Shown here: piece after piece, positions 17,689-26,125 of the stretch | How positions within the stretch are numbered: position 1 is the stretch's first letter | How the letters are laid out: the number at the start of each line of letters is the position of its first letter | Source of the DNA: a virus | Taxonomy: Duplodnaviria; Caudoviricetes | IMG/VR virus record: IMGVR_UViG_3300022666_000141 | Location: 1,367-65,366 of that record | DNA length: 64,000 nucleotides | Reading direction: 5' to 3' (one strand) | Notes under the pieces: model-generated | The model's input: only the letters and a program-made list of their open reading frames with translations | Database searches by the model: none | Told to the model about the DNA's origin: nothing | Position numbers and translations under genes: made by a program

Positions 17689-18361
17689 AGTATTTCACGA
17701 TTTCTGTACCCCGTCCCCAATAAGGAATTTCAATGGCAAGGTACGAGCCAAGTTTTTTCCTATGACGTTTCTGCCGGTCCTCAGTACCATTGTCATGTGA
17801 CAATTGAACTATCGGTGTTCGAGAGTAGAACGTAACAGCTTTTCTCTGCGTTACACCAAGTCCCCTCTCTATGTTGTTCCTGCCACATTCCCCCATGAAC
17901 TGCATAGGAAAGTTATTGTTTGGGTGCTTGTCAAACCGTTCTTGCAACGCCTCAATCAACAATTCCCTCGGTGCTATCAACGAACAATTACTGATTCGCT
18001 GGCGAACTGAAAACAGTATCGGTGGCCATGTAAAAAGTGACCATCGACTGAAGTTATACGCAAACTCGCCATTCTGTGGGCGAAAGCAACGATAATGCTC
18101 CTCGGAGTACAACGTGTCATCTTCTGCAACCCCTATGAATGGGGTTTCTGCACGTTTCGCACCAACAAGTAATTGACGATATATGTTGGCATAATCCTTC
18201 TTATCGTTTTCCAATATGTTCAACCCGAAATCAACGGGCTTTCTTGATATCGTGATTACTGGGAAATCACCGACAGCCTTTTCTAGGACTTGTCGATGGA
18301 AAGACACCCACTTGCTGGGCACCTCATTCGCAGTAAGATATATGACAGTCAGATCTTTCAT
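17681..18361 (-). CDS. Glycosyltransferase-like (GT-A fold), paralogue B
   Basis: LTVIYLT...GAKRAETPFIGVAEDDTLY; aligns by eye with 16939-17688. Confidence 0.68.
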   Translation of the reverse strand: MKDLTVIYLTANEVPSKWVSFHRQVLEKAVGDFPVITISRKPVDFGLNILENDKKDYANIYRQLLVGAKRAETPFIGVAEDDTLYSEEHYRCFRPQNGEFAYNFSRWSLFTWPPILFSVRQRISNCSLIAPRELLIEALQERFDKHPNNNFPMQFMGECGRNNIERGLGVTQRKAVTFYSRTPIVQLSHDNGTEDRQKRHRKKLGSYLAIEIPYWGRGTEIVKYYE

Positions 18362-19854
18362 TTCTTCAGTAACCATCCCCCCTTGGTGAAGCCGAATACA
18401 AACCGCGCATCGAAATCAGTCAGTTTGTAATCTCTGTTTCTGGCAAGGAACCAATCCCGAGCCTCACCAGGCCCAACAAGTTCGCCTTGTCTACCGTAAC
18501 AATCTTCAACAACCATGAATTGTCCTGATGTTACGATATCGGCATATCTATGAAGCTCCCACTTGACCTGTTGACGAGCATGGTTACCATCTATGGACAA
18601 CATGACTTTCATCGGACGATCCTGCACATTGCTTTTTAATCGAATCATTTCTTTGATTTCAGCAATGATTTTTTCATCTTTGGAATCGCCTTGTAAATAA
18701 GTTATGCGTGGATGTTGGACCAATGGCCCTCTTGGAGTGGGGTCAATGGATACAACGCAGCCATTTCCCGCCATTTCAAGGAAATCGGCGAACATCAATG
18801 CCGATGCACAAAACGCCGTACCAATCTCAATGATAAAGTCCGGACGCCGTTCCCATATCGCCATCTGGTACAAAACTATGTCGGTTGGCATCTTGATCAT
18901 CTTGATACCACGCCAACGGGGATCATGTCCCTTGAGGTGTATGTTTTTGTAAAAGAACGACTGCAGTTCTGTGCGCTTTCCATCTTCCATATCAGGAACT
19001 CTCCCTTCCCATGTAGGGGGATTGAATTTGTCGACCAACCATTGAATATTTCGTTTCTGCTGTGGCCACTTGTTGTTCAGCCACAAATCCATAGAATATT
19101 TTCTGGCATTATCAACCTGTCGACCTGATATTGGATATGGGAATCCACCATCCCCTCCCCTAAACCAATGAGCAAACCAGGTATTCTTATTAACTTTGAG
19201 TGCTCCACCTGACAGCCACGCTTTGAGAGCAACCTCTATTCCCTGCTGTCCCCATGAACCGTGATTCTCATCACACCCACCAAGTTCAAGAAACCTGGCT
19301 TTGTGCATGAAAAAGCACGGTCCCATACAACACATCGTATCGTCTATCAGCTCAGTACGGTCGTGCCATCTGCGAAAATCCTTGCCCGTATAATACTGGG
19401 CACGCATTTCGTCTTTATCGTTCCAACCGATATACATATAATCGGTTCGTTTATGTAGTTTGGGTTGCCACCGAACAACATCTAAGTTGTACATTCGTGG
19501 GATGACAGTCCAATCATATTCACAGTCAGCAGCTAGCTTTACATCAAAACCTTTATCAACTGCACAATGCGCGTCCAACTTCATTATGAACTTGCCACGA
19601 GCGATGGACGCCGCTCTGTTTATAGATTGTCTTTGTCCTAATGATTCGGTGTGGTGAAGGAGTGTTACTCTCGGGTGATCCAATATAGGAGGATCGGGCC
19701 AGTACCCATCGCATATGGCAATTATCTCAGTATCACCCTCGATGTTTGCCAGAACATTTTCTATCGTCTTTTGCAAGAACTTTTCGTTTCTTGCGGGTAT
19801 TATTACTGTCAATAGCACGGTCAAAACCCCCCAGTTTCGCCTTTCTAATACCAC
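18358..19854 (-). CDS. GT2/GT27 (ppGalNAc-T-like) glycosyltransferase fused to a CmcI-type SAM O-methyltransferase
   Basis: TVIIPARNE, LDAHC (DxH), GGCDE..SWG..GIEVALKAWLSGG...AHWFR; C-terminal WRG...K.PTD...YQ..IWE.RPDFIIEIGT. The true start may be GTG at 19818. Confidence 0.8.
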   Translation of the reverse strand: MVLERRNWGVLTVLLTVIIPARNEKFLQKTIENVLANIEGDTEIIAICDGYWPDPPILDHPRVTLLHHTESLGQRQSINRAASIARGKFIMKLDAHCAVDKGFDVKLAADCEYDWTVIPRMYNLDVVRWQPKLHKRTDYMYIGWNDKDEMRAQYYTGKDFRRWHDRTELIDDTMCCMGPCFFMHKARFLELGGCDENHGSWGQQGIEVALKAWLSGGALKVNKNTWFAHWFRGGDGGFPYPISGRQVDNARKYSMDLWLNNKWPQQKRNIQWLVDKFNPPTWEGRVPDMEDGKRTELQSFFYKNIHLKGHDPRWRGIKMIKMPTDIVLYQMAIWERRPDFIIEIGTAFCASALMFADFLEMAGNGCVVSIDPTPRGPLVQHPRITYLQGDSKDEKIIAEIKEMIRLKSNVQDRPMKVMLSIDGNHARQQVKWELHRYADIVTSGQFMVVEDCYGRQGELVGPGEARDWFLARNRDYKLTDFDARFVFGFTKGGWLLKK

Positions 19855-19935
19855 ATCTGTCCTGCGCTAACATTTCTTCACACATATCAGGTCCATGCTT
19901 ATAGTAAGTTGGACAGAATTCAGTCATGTGACATT

Positions 19936-20556
19936 CTACCGACACGGCACCACATCCCCAAGGTTTACTGAAGGAAACATGGTCAACGCGCTGTCCGGCG
20001 TAGCATTTAATATCTCGAGCCCGAGCTTATTCGCATCGGATAAAATCTTTTCGAACGGTGGAAGAAACCGTTTTTCGTATATATCAATCCTTGGCCGATG
20101 CTTATGGTTGGTGTGCCAGTTGTGTTGACCTTCACGAACTTTCATATCGTACCCGATCAAAACTATTCGACTAGCACCAAGATGCATGGCAAGGTTTATC
20201 GCCGACCCACCTGAACTCTTGTTCCAAACAACCTTATTCCTGATAGAAGTCAATCCATAACCTTCGTTCCGATTAACATGTAACACCCTCGGCAACTTCT
20301 TACTTGTTGGAGGGCATCCAAACACAACCCCTTCATACGATCTGAGCAAAGTCTTGTTCCACGCATACCAACGCTCATCCCCGAACCATGTTACATCAAC
20401 CCAATTACCGAGCTTAAATGCGTCGTTGACTCCAACAACATGACATTTCATAATAGGTGACAAATCCATGTCTTTTACGCTTGGACCGCCACCTATTATG
20501 AAAACTGTCCCGTCCCAGAGTTTAGGGATGTTCGGTAGACGCTGAAACAAGTGCAT
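19936..20556 (-). CDS. Maf/MptE(DUF115)/sialyltransferase-like protein
   Basis: VFIIGGGPS, VVGVNDA, SSGGSAINLAMHLGASRIVLIGYDM, ILNATP. Confidence 0.65.
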   Translation of the reverse strand: MHLFQRLPNIPKLWDGTVFIIGGGPSVKDMDLSPIMKCHVVGVNDAFKLGNWVDVTWFGDERWYAWNKTLLRSYEGVVFGCPPTSKKLPRVLHVNRNEGYGLTSIRNKVVWNKSSGGSAINLAMHLGASRIVLIGYDMKVREGQHNWHTNHKHRPRIDIYEKRFLPPFEKILSDANKLGLEILNATPDSALTMFPSVNLGDVVPCR

Positions 20557-20899
20557 CCGCCTGTTCTTCAGTCAACGGTTCGGTGTTGACTGCTTCATTG
20601 GTTTTGGGGTTAATGACAAAGAAGCCGTCTTTCCGCTGTTCCTTCGTGAACCCCTCAAATGCGGGAGGAAGTTCCGGAGCAGCAACTTGTTCAGTACCAT
20701 CGACCGGGCCGAGACATTCCCACTGGTTCCCAACGTACGAACCTTCAGATGCTTCGAGTATGTCCCCCGGTTTTATGATAACAACGCCCTTGGGTGTACG
20801 AAGATGGTGCTTGCCGTACTTCCTCCGGAACTTGAAAAGGACCTCTTTCTGTTCCACCTGTTCCACCTGTTCCACAGGATCTACATTCTTACGTGCCAT
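20522..20899 (-). CDS. Hypothetical protein after the major capsid gene
   Basis: 125-aa ORF with GGAG RBS; N-terminal VEQ x3 micro-repeat. Confidence 0.6.
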   Translation of the reverse strand: MARKNVDPVEQVEQVEQKEVLFKFRRKYGKHHLRTPKGVVIIKPGDILEASEGSYVGNQWECLGPVDGTEQVAAPELPPAFEGFTKEQRKDGFFVINPKTNEAVNTEPLTEEQADALVSASTEHP

Positions 20900-20935
20900 G
20901 TCTAATCCCTCCCCTTGTTATTCAACCCCTCTGGA

Positions 20936-20961
20936 ATGTCCTCAAATCGCTTTGAGGACAT
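20936..20961 (-). terminator. Stem-loop downstream of the major capsid gene
   Basis: Perfect 11-bp stem ATGTCCTCAAA-TCGC-TTTGAGGACAT. Confidence 0.6.
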
Positions 20962-20991
20962 GCGCACAAAAGTCGAACTGTAAAATACCTG

Positions 20992-22086
20992 TTACGGCTC
21001 CTCGAAATGGACGATGCCACAACGACCGGCCTGCGTTGAACGAATCTGCGGAACCTTGATACCCATGACTTTGTAATGAAGAACCATACCGCCCTGTTCC
21101 GACCATTCGACAGGAGAGATTTCCATGCCGGAAACAAGCCGCACGACATCGGAAGTCATCTGGACCATGATAACCGATTCCTGGCCGGATGCATTCTGGC
21201 TCATCTTGTCGCTGACCTTGATGTCGCTGATTCCCTGGATCTGAAGGATACGCTGGCGAATGGTAATGTCGCCTTTGGCCGTACTGTAGTCCTCATCGAG
21301 TTTGGTTTCATACGCGGTCGGCACATATACGACGTACGGACCATAGAAACGGTCGCCGATAAGAACCTGCTTCATGGCGAGGATGTCATTGACGATATCG
21401 GCACCGGTGACGCCAGATGCGTCCCATGCTGCCCCGAGTTCGCCGGTATTGCGATTGGTGTAGTCCCGATAGCCATAGATCGTTCCGTCGCCGTATGCGT
21501 AGGAACTGGCACCGTTGAAGAGCATGTCTTCGATTTTCTCCGTAACAGCCCGAGCCGCCATTTCAGCGTTGGTGGTGTCGAGGGATTCGCCGGTGTTACG
21601 TGATGCGGCAAGAACGCGAGCATTGATGAAATAGTCGCAATGAACAAGGGGCAGCGGCAAGTAGCTGGCCACATAGTTTGCCCGGTCATTGGAACCCCTG
21701 GAAAGTCCGTCCATGCTCAGTTGTGCGGTGAGGAACTCATTCAGTGTTTCCGTCTCGAGGATCGTCTTGCCGAGGCCGTTGGCGATAGTGTAAACAAGGC
21801 CGCGAGAAGTAAGATCAGATACACCGGACAGCCGAATGCGTGCTTCACGTGTTATTGCTTCGTCGTATTGAAGCCACTCGTCCTTCCGAAGAGTCGCCGC
21901 ATTGGTTACGACAACCTGCGGCTTGCCATTGGAAATGACGGTCTGGTAGGCACGACCATCCTTTCCGATCCATGGTCTGAGCGCATGAACGCTCATTCCG
22001 TTTGCGAGCAAGCGAGCCGCCGCCGCTCCGCCTCCTGACAGACCCTGACCGTTTACGCTCAGGATGTCAACTTGTGCACCATTCAT
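20992..22086 (-). CDS. Major capsid protein (HK97 fold, Linocin-M18/encapsulin-like type)
   Basis: TLRKDEWLQYDEA, LPLPLVH.D..INAR.L.ASR, YGY...NRN, FYGPY; follows protease-scaffold-decoration genes; GC-rich codons. Confidence 0.85.
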   Translation of the reverse strand: MNGAQVDILSVNGQGLSGGGAAAARLLANGMSVHALRPWIGKDGRAYQTVISNGKPQVVVTNAATLRKDEWLQYDEAITREARIRLSGVSDLTSRGLVYTIANGLGKTILETETLNEFLTAQLSMDGLSRGSNDRANYVASYLPLPLVHCDYFINARVLAASRNTGESLDTTNAEMAARAVTEKIEDMLFNGASSYAYGDGTIYGYRDYTNRNTGELGAAWDASGVTGADIVNDILAMKQVLIGDRFYGPYVVYVPTAYETKLDEDYSTAKGDITIRQRILQIQGISDIKVSDKMSQNASGQESVIMVQMTSDVVRLVSGMEISPVEWSEQGGMVLHYKVMGIKVPQIRSTQAGRCGIVHFEEP

Positions 22087-22120
22087 GTGTTATTTCCTCC
22101 TTTTCGTATTTTGTCAGGGA

Positions 22121-22558
22121 TTAAACGACCATAACCCGGCAACGAGCCGTAGCACCGGTAGTGGTGACCGCTTCCATCGCGATGCCGAAGATGTTGGAAG
22201 TGTCGTCGACCGATGCAAGGGCATACTCACGCAGAGTACCGTCACCAGCAGATTCGAGACGGTCACCGATGGATATGGTCTGGCTTGTGGCGATGATAGC
22301 GTAAACCTCGTCGCCCGGGTCGAGGATTTCAGCCTGCACCCGATCTCCGGAAGAGTAATCATCCGTGATGGTGTTACCTTGAAGTTCGTCTTCGAAGGCA
22401 ATCATTTTGGGAGTCAGGAGCCCACCGGGGGTATTGTGTACAACAAGGGCGTCACTCGAATTCAGCATCACGAGGTGACCCGGGGTAATCGTTCCCCCTG
22501 CAGCCTTCTCGATTCGCTTACTTGCGAGCTTTTTCAACAGCGTGGTGTAGTAAGCCAT
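22121..22558 (-). CDS. Head decoration/cement protein
   Basis: ITPGHLV, GDRLESAGDGTL, GIAMEAV; directly precedes the capsid gene. Confidence 0.7.
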   Translation of the reverse strand: MAYYTTLLKKLASKRIEKAAGGTITPGHLVMLNSSDALVVHNTPGGLLTPKMIAFEDELQGNTITDDYSSGDRVQAEILDPGDEVYAIIATSQTISIGDRLESAGDGTLREYALASVDDTSNIFGIAMEAVTTTGATARCRVMVV

Positions 22559-22597
22559 TTCTAAACCTCCTTATTTTGATATATTCCTGGGGATCGA

Positions 22598-23071
22598 TTA
22601 CTTCTTGTCGTCTTTTTTCTCGTTGATAGTCGGAAGCATGAGCGGCTCTTCACCGTCTGCATTGGCAACCGAGGTGAACCCTCCGCCGGCGCCGGCATAG
22701 TTGGCAGCGGGTGCAACCGTATCGGCGGTGGCCTGGAGCAGTTCATCAGACATGGCGTTGAGCATATCGTCGGTGTACTTGTTGACCGAATTGGATTTGA
22801 TACGGGCGATAAGATCCGTGCGCTGCTTGGCGATCATGTTGTCGACGAAATCGAATCGTGCTTTTACGGTCGCCGGGGCTGCAGCAAGAAGCTCCTCAAA
22901 CGTTGCCTGTTTCGGCGATTCTGCGTTGTTTGTTACTTCCTTGGCCTCGGGGATGTTAACTGGCATCATGGACGAAAGCTGCTCCTCGTTCAGCACGGAC
23001 AGCCATTCACGGTCTGCTTCGGTGTACTGCGTGTGTTTGTTTGCAATGAGATCACATACTGTAACTTTCAT
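22598..23071 (-). CDS. Scaffold-like protein
   Basis: Helical 157-aa protein between the protease and decoration genes; strong AGGAGG RBS. Confidence 0.6.
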   Translation of the reverse strand: MKVTVCDLIANKHTQYTEADREWLSVLNEEQLSSMMPVNIPEAKEVTNNAESPKQATFEELLAAAPATVKARFDFVDNMIAKQRTDLIARIKSNSVNKYTDDMLNAMSDELLQATADTVAPAANYAGAGGGFTSVANADGEEPLMLPTINEKKDDKK

Positions 23072-23160
23072 TTGTGTTCCTCCTTCTGATTTGTTTGATT
23101 ATGACACTGCTTCTATCGTTACCGAGGTTGAACCCTGAGAAGCTGCCCACTCACGAGCTT

Positions 23161-24216
23161 TTATTTTAGCTTGGCATAAATCTTCGCGGCTCGTTGTGCA
23201 GCAAGAACACTGTTGGATTTTTTGATATTCACCGTCTTCAATTCACCACCTGTATTGATAATGACAGGTTTATTCTCTGTCGATTCTTCGTTCGATACAG
23301 GAACGTAACTGATCTCTTTACGAACCTCTGCAATCTCATTGGCAAGGGTAACGGTGCCATCCTCCCCGATAGTATACCCACGACGACATATCTTGGACTT
23401 TGTTCCCGGTGTGCTTTGAGGCCCGGGTCGCACCTCGTACACAACTTCGTTATCGTAAATGGCTTCCACCAAACAATCCATGGTGGGACCATCCATAGCA
23501 TAGATAGCTTTTCGAATATTGTCAACCTTCTCACCCATGGACATTTCGTTGCCCAAAACATGTTGAACGGCCGAATTAACCGTTGCAAGCATCTTCTGCA
23601 AGAAGTTCTTTTTCTCCATATCCATTCCTCCACTTTCTTTATTGGCTCGAACCCCGCAACCATCTTGCCAACTACAAGCACCTCGAGCCCCTGGAAGAAG
23701 GGCCAAATGATCAGGGCGAATATCTTTCACAATAGCTTGGTACGATTCTCCATTCCACGTACCTTGGGAGAGTTCATCTACACTGAAAAGCCCCGTGGAT
23801 ACTTCGAGAGGTTGATTATTGCTCAATGCATCAAGGACGGCTGGGCTGATTCTCTTCGCTTTGTTCACATCCACATAAATCTCACCCTTCAAACGAGGCT
23901 TGGGGGAAGATTCATATCTAACGTTCCAAAGACGCCCCACTGAACGAGATTCGATAACATCAGGAGAATTGCACGAAATCGCGGCGCCCCCAGCTTCCGG
24001 ATGATGTACTGGAACAGGCATTCCATTCCAGAACTGTGCCGATGTCTCGAGAACAGATGCTGGATAAAACAAAGCCCCTCCAGAACCCTGATGAACACCT
24101 TCCACCAGAATTATTACAGGGGCTGCGATATGATCACGTCCATCGAATTGAATTCGACGAGAAGCGTTGGTTTGTAAATCCGCTAGAACGTGAAAAATCG
24201 TGTTTTTCATATTCAA
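23161..24216 (-). CDS. DUF2213 prohead protease-like protein
   Basis: WNGMPVPVHHP, EVSTGLF, PDHLALLP..RGACS..DGCG. Confidence 0.82.
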   Translation of the reverse strand: MNMKNTIFHVLADLQTNASRRIQFDGRDHIAAPVIILVEGVHQGSGGALFYPASVLETSAQFWNGMPVPVHHPEAGGAAISCNSPDVIESRSVGRLWNVRYESSPKPRLKGEIYVDVNKAKRISPAVLDALSNNQPLEVSTGLFSVDELSQGTWNGESYQAIVKDIRPDHLALLPGARGACSWQDGCGVRANKESGGMDMEKKNFLQKMLATVNSAVQHVLGNEMSMGEKVDNIRKAIYAMDGPTMDCLVEAIYDNEVVYEVRPGPQSTPGTKSKICRRGYTIGEDGTVTLANEIAEVRKEISYVPVSNEESTENKPVIINTGGELKTVNIKKSNSVLAAQRAAKIYAKLK

Positions 24217-24301
24217 TTCCTTTAGAAGTTCGTGATACCGATGTCATTGTAATAACAAGGATGCGCATAATACAAGTATTTTTCGATTTTTACAATAAAA
24301 T

Positions 24302-24355
24302 CTATTGAACTATTTAGTCTATTTATTCTATAATAAAAAGTTTCGCTTATGACAA
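24302..24355 (-). promoter_or_regulatory. Putative late promoter with a conserved 17-bp box
   Basis: Minus strand TTGTCA-17-TATAGA followed by ACTAAATAGTTCAATAG, which is identical to 33683-33699. Confidence 0.55.
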
Positions 24356-25924
24356 CAAGTCAATGAAAAAATCATGGAGTTCTTTGGGCAGGTCCCCTTT
24401 GTATGTTGGGTCTGTAAATACCGTAAAACATGTAGCAAACAATTCCTTCTCGTTGGTCTTAGCATATGCACACACCTCATCAGCTATTCCCGAACGATAT
24501 AAATCAGCCATGGCACTGGTATACTTGTCAGGACCTAACCATTTGAAACCCTTTCCTTTAGCAATAATATCACAGTTGTAGTGGATATGATGTCCTAATT
24601 CATGTCGAATACTTCCCAAGAACGACGTTGCCGTATTGAATACACCCGGTCCCAATCGATACGTACTCTGAGTTTCTAGTAAACCAGCAATCTCAATGCT
24701 ATTATTCGTATTCAGATAAGTTCCCAACACTCTTCCATTCGGAACTTCTCGTATACTATCACTATTAATAACAAAAGTATCGAGTTTGGTTTGATGAAGA
24801 ACTCTCTTAATACCAGGATATCGGTTGGCAAGGTCTAAGTAGCAATCTTTGGCTTCATCAATCTTATCGTAGATATCATCACTCGGATTTCTCTTGGCAA
24901 AGAACTTAACATTATCTGGAAGTTTCTTCCATGTCTTCTGCCAACTCGGAACTCTCGGAGCACGAGGAGCTCGTGGCTCTTGAGAAGCTCGGGCCGCTTT
25001 CTGGGGATTAACTACGGGTAAAGCTACACATCGACAATTTGGGTGACGAGGTATCATTCCTCGTATTTCCTGAAGACTAAAAACTTTCCCTTGCAACGGA
25101 GCACATCTCGGACAAACACCGAAACCTGCGGTAAGCCATTCAGCCTGAACATCAACTCCCTGGACACCCCACTGTTCGTATTCATTAATTGTGGCCTGGT
25201 GATGTGCGCTAACAACTTCTGTACGAGCAAGTGTTTTGCCTCGATTAACACCAATTGCATCGATTCTATCCGATAATTCTCTCGCCATAGCATACGGATT
25301 TTTACCTTCGGCCATTCCTTGTGCAAGAACACGGCTCATTTGTTGTGACATCGCTCCTGTGATGCCCTTCAATTCATTAAATGTTCTTGTATAGATCATA
25401 GCAACCCGATCAGCATGGAATGGTTGATTGAAAGCTGCGGTGATACGAGCTCCTTCTATCTGTGTTGCACCAAACGCAGATGGAACATCATAACCTTTCC
25501 TACGTAATTCCGCTCTAGCTCTCGATATGCCCCGTTGATACGCACTCTGAATATAAAGGTTCGTCCAGGGCTTCTCTCCTACCCGAAAATCCGTCCTGGA
25601 AGTAACGGTCAGAATATGCTTCTTCGTCATTTCATCAAGCCACTTCATAAACTGGTCGATCTTCTGGTCTGAGTGTGCAAATTCGAATTGACGAGGCTCG
25701 AGGTTGGTTGTTAGAATATTAATATTCAACTGATGTGATCTTTCTCCCAGACCAAACACATCAAGAGTATCCACCGCATATATTACTTCTTTCTTCAATG
25801 CATCGAAGCGTCGTTGAATATCCGCCATGAATGAGCGTCGAAGAGACAGTGTTCTGGTTGGATCTGTCCGTAAGGCACCATTGAGTGTCGGTCTGGAGGA
25901 ATGATTACATGTACACGTTGTCAT
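24347..25924 (-). CDS. MuF (SPP1 gp7-like) head morphogenesis protein with a C-terminal HExxH metallopeptidase-like extension
   Basis: RGKTLARTE, CPRC, PRHPNCRC (MuF core); C-terminal RHELGHHIH ... YAKTNEKELFA. Confidence 0.85.
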   Translation of the reverse strand: MTTCTCNHSSRPTLNGALRTDPTRTLSLRRSFMADIQRRFDALKKEVIYAVDTLDVFGLGERSHQLNINILTTNLEPRQFEFAHSDQKIDQFMKWLDEMTKKHILTVTSRTDFRVGEKPWTNLYIQSAYQRGISRARAELRRKGYDVPSAFGATQIEGARITAAFNQPFHADRVAMIYTRTFNELKGITGAMSQQMSRVLAQGMAEGKNPYAMARELSDRIDAIGVNRGKTLARTEVVSAHHQATINEYEQWGVQGVDVQAEWLTAGFGVCPRCAPLQGKVFSLQEIRGMIPRHPNCRCVALPVVNPQKAARASQEPRAPRAPRVPSWQKTWKKLPDNVKFFAKRNPSDDIYDKIDEAKDCYLDLANRYPGIKRVLHQTKLDTFVINSDSIREVPNGRVLGTYLNTNNSIEIAGLLETQSTYRLGPGVFNTATSFLGSIRHELGHHIHYNCDIIAKGKGFKWLGPDKYTSAMADLYRSGIADEVCAYAKTNEKELFATCFTVFTDPTYKGDLPKELHDFFIDLLS

Positions 25925-26121
25925 CAGCTGGCCTCGAATCGTATTCCGTTGTCCCCAGGAAAAGGTTCCGTATGTGGATTATTTCCATAGGCAATCTCGT
26001 CAGGTATACCGTCAGGGAATGCAGAACAGAATACGACTTCAGTCATTTCTGTACCATCAGGTTGTTTAACTCCGAGAAAATGCTTGCAGCCTCTTTCCCA
26101 ACATTTCGGTTCCATTATCAT
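25924..26121 (-). CDS. Small Cys/His protein (C..C.H...CSAFPDGIP...H..PFPGDNGIRFE)
   Basis: Start reassigned to MIMEPKC after GGAGG; 65 aa; translationally coupled to MuF. Confidence 0.7.
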   Translation of the reverse strand: MIMEPKCWERGCKHFLGVKQPDGTEMTEVVFCSAFPDGIPDEIAYGNNPHTEPFPGDNGIRFEAS

Positions 26122-26125
26122 AGTT

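Noticed and set aside
20992-22086. Bacteriocin/encapsulin nanocompartment
   Set aside because: It sits in a canonical protease-scaffold-decoration-capsid operon, so it is the phage capsid.
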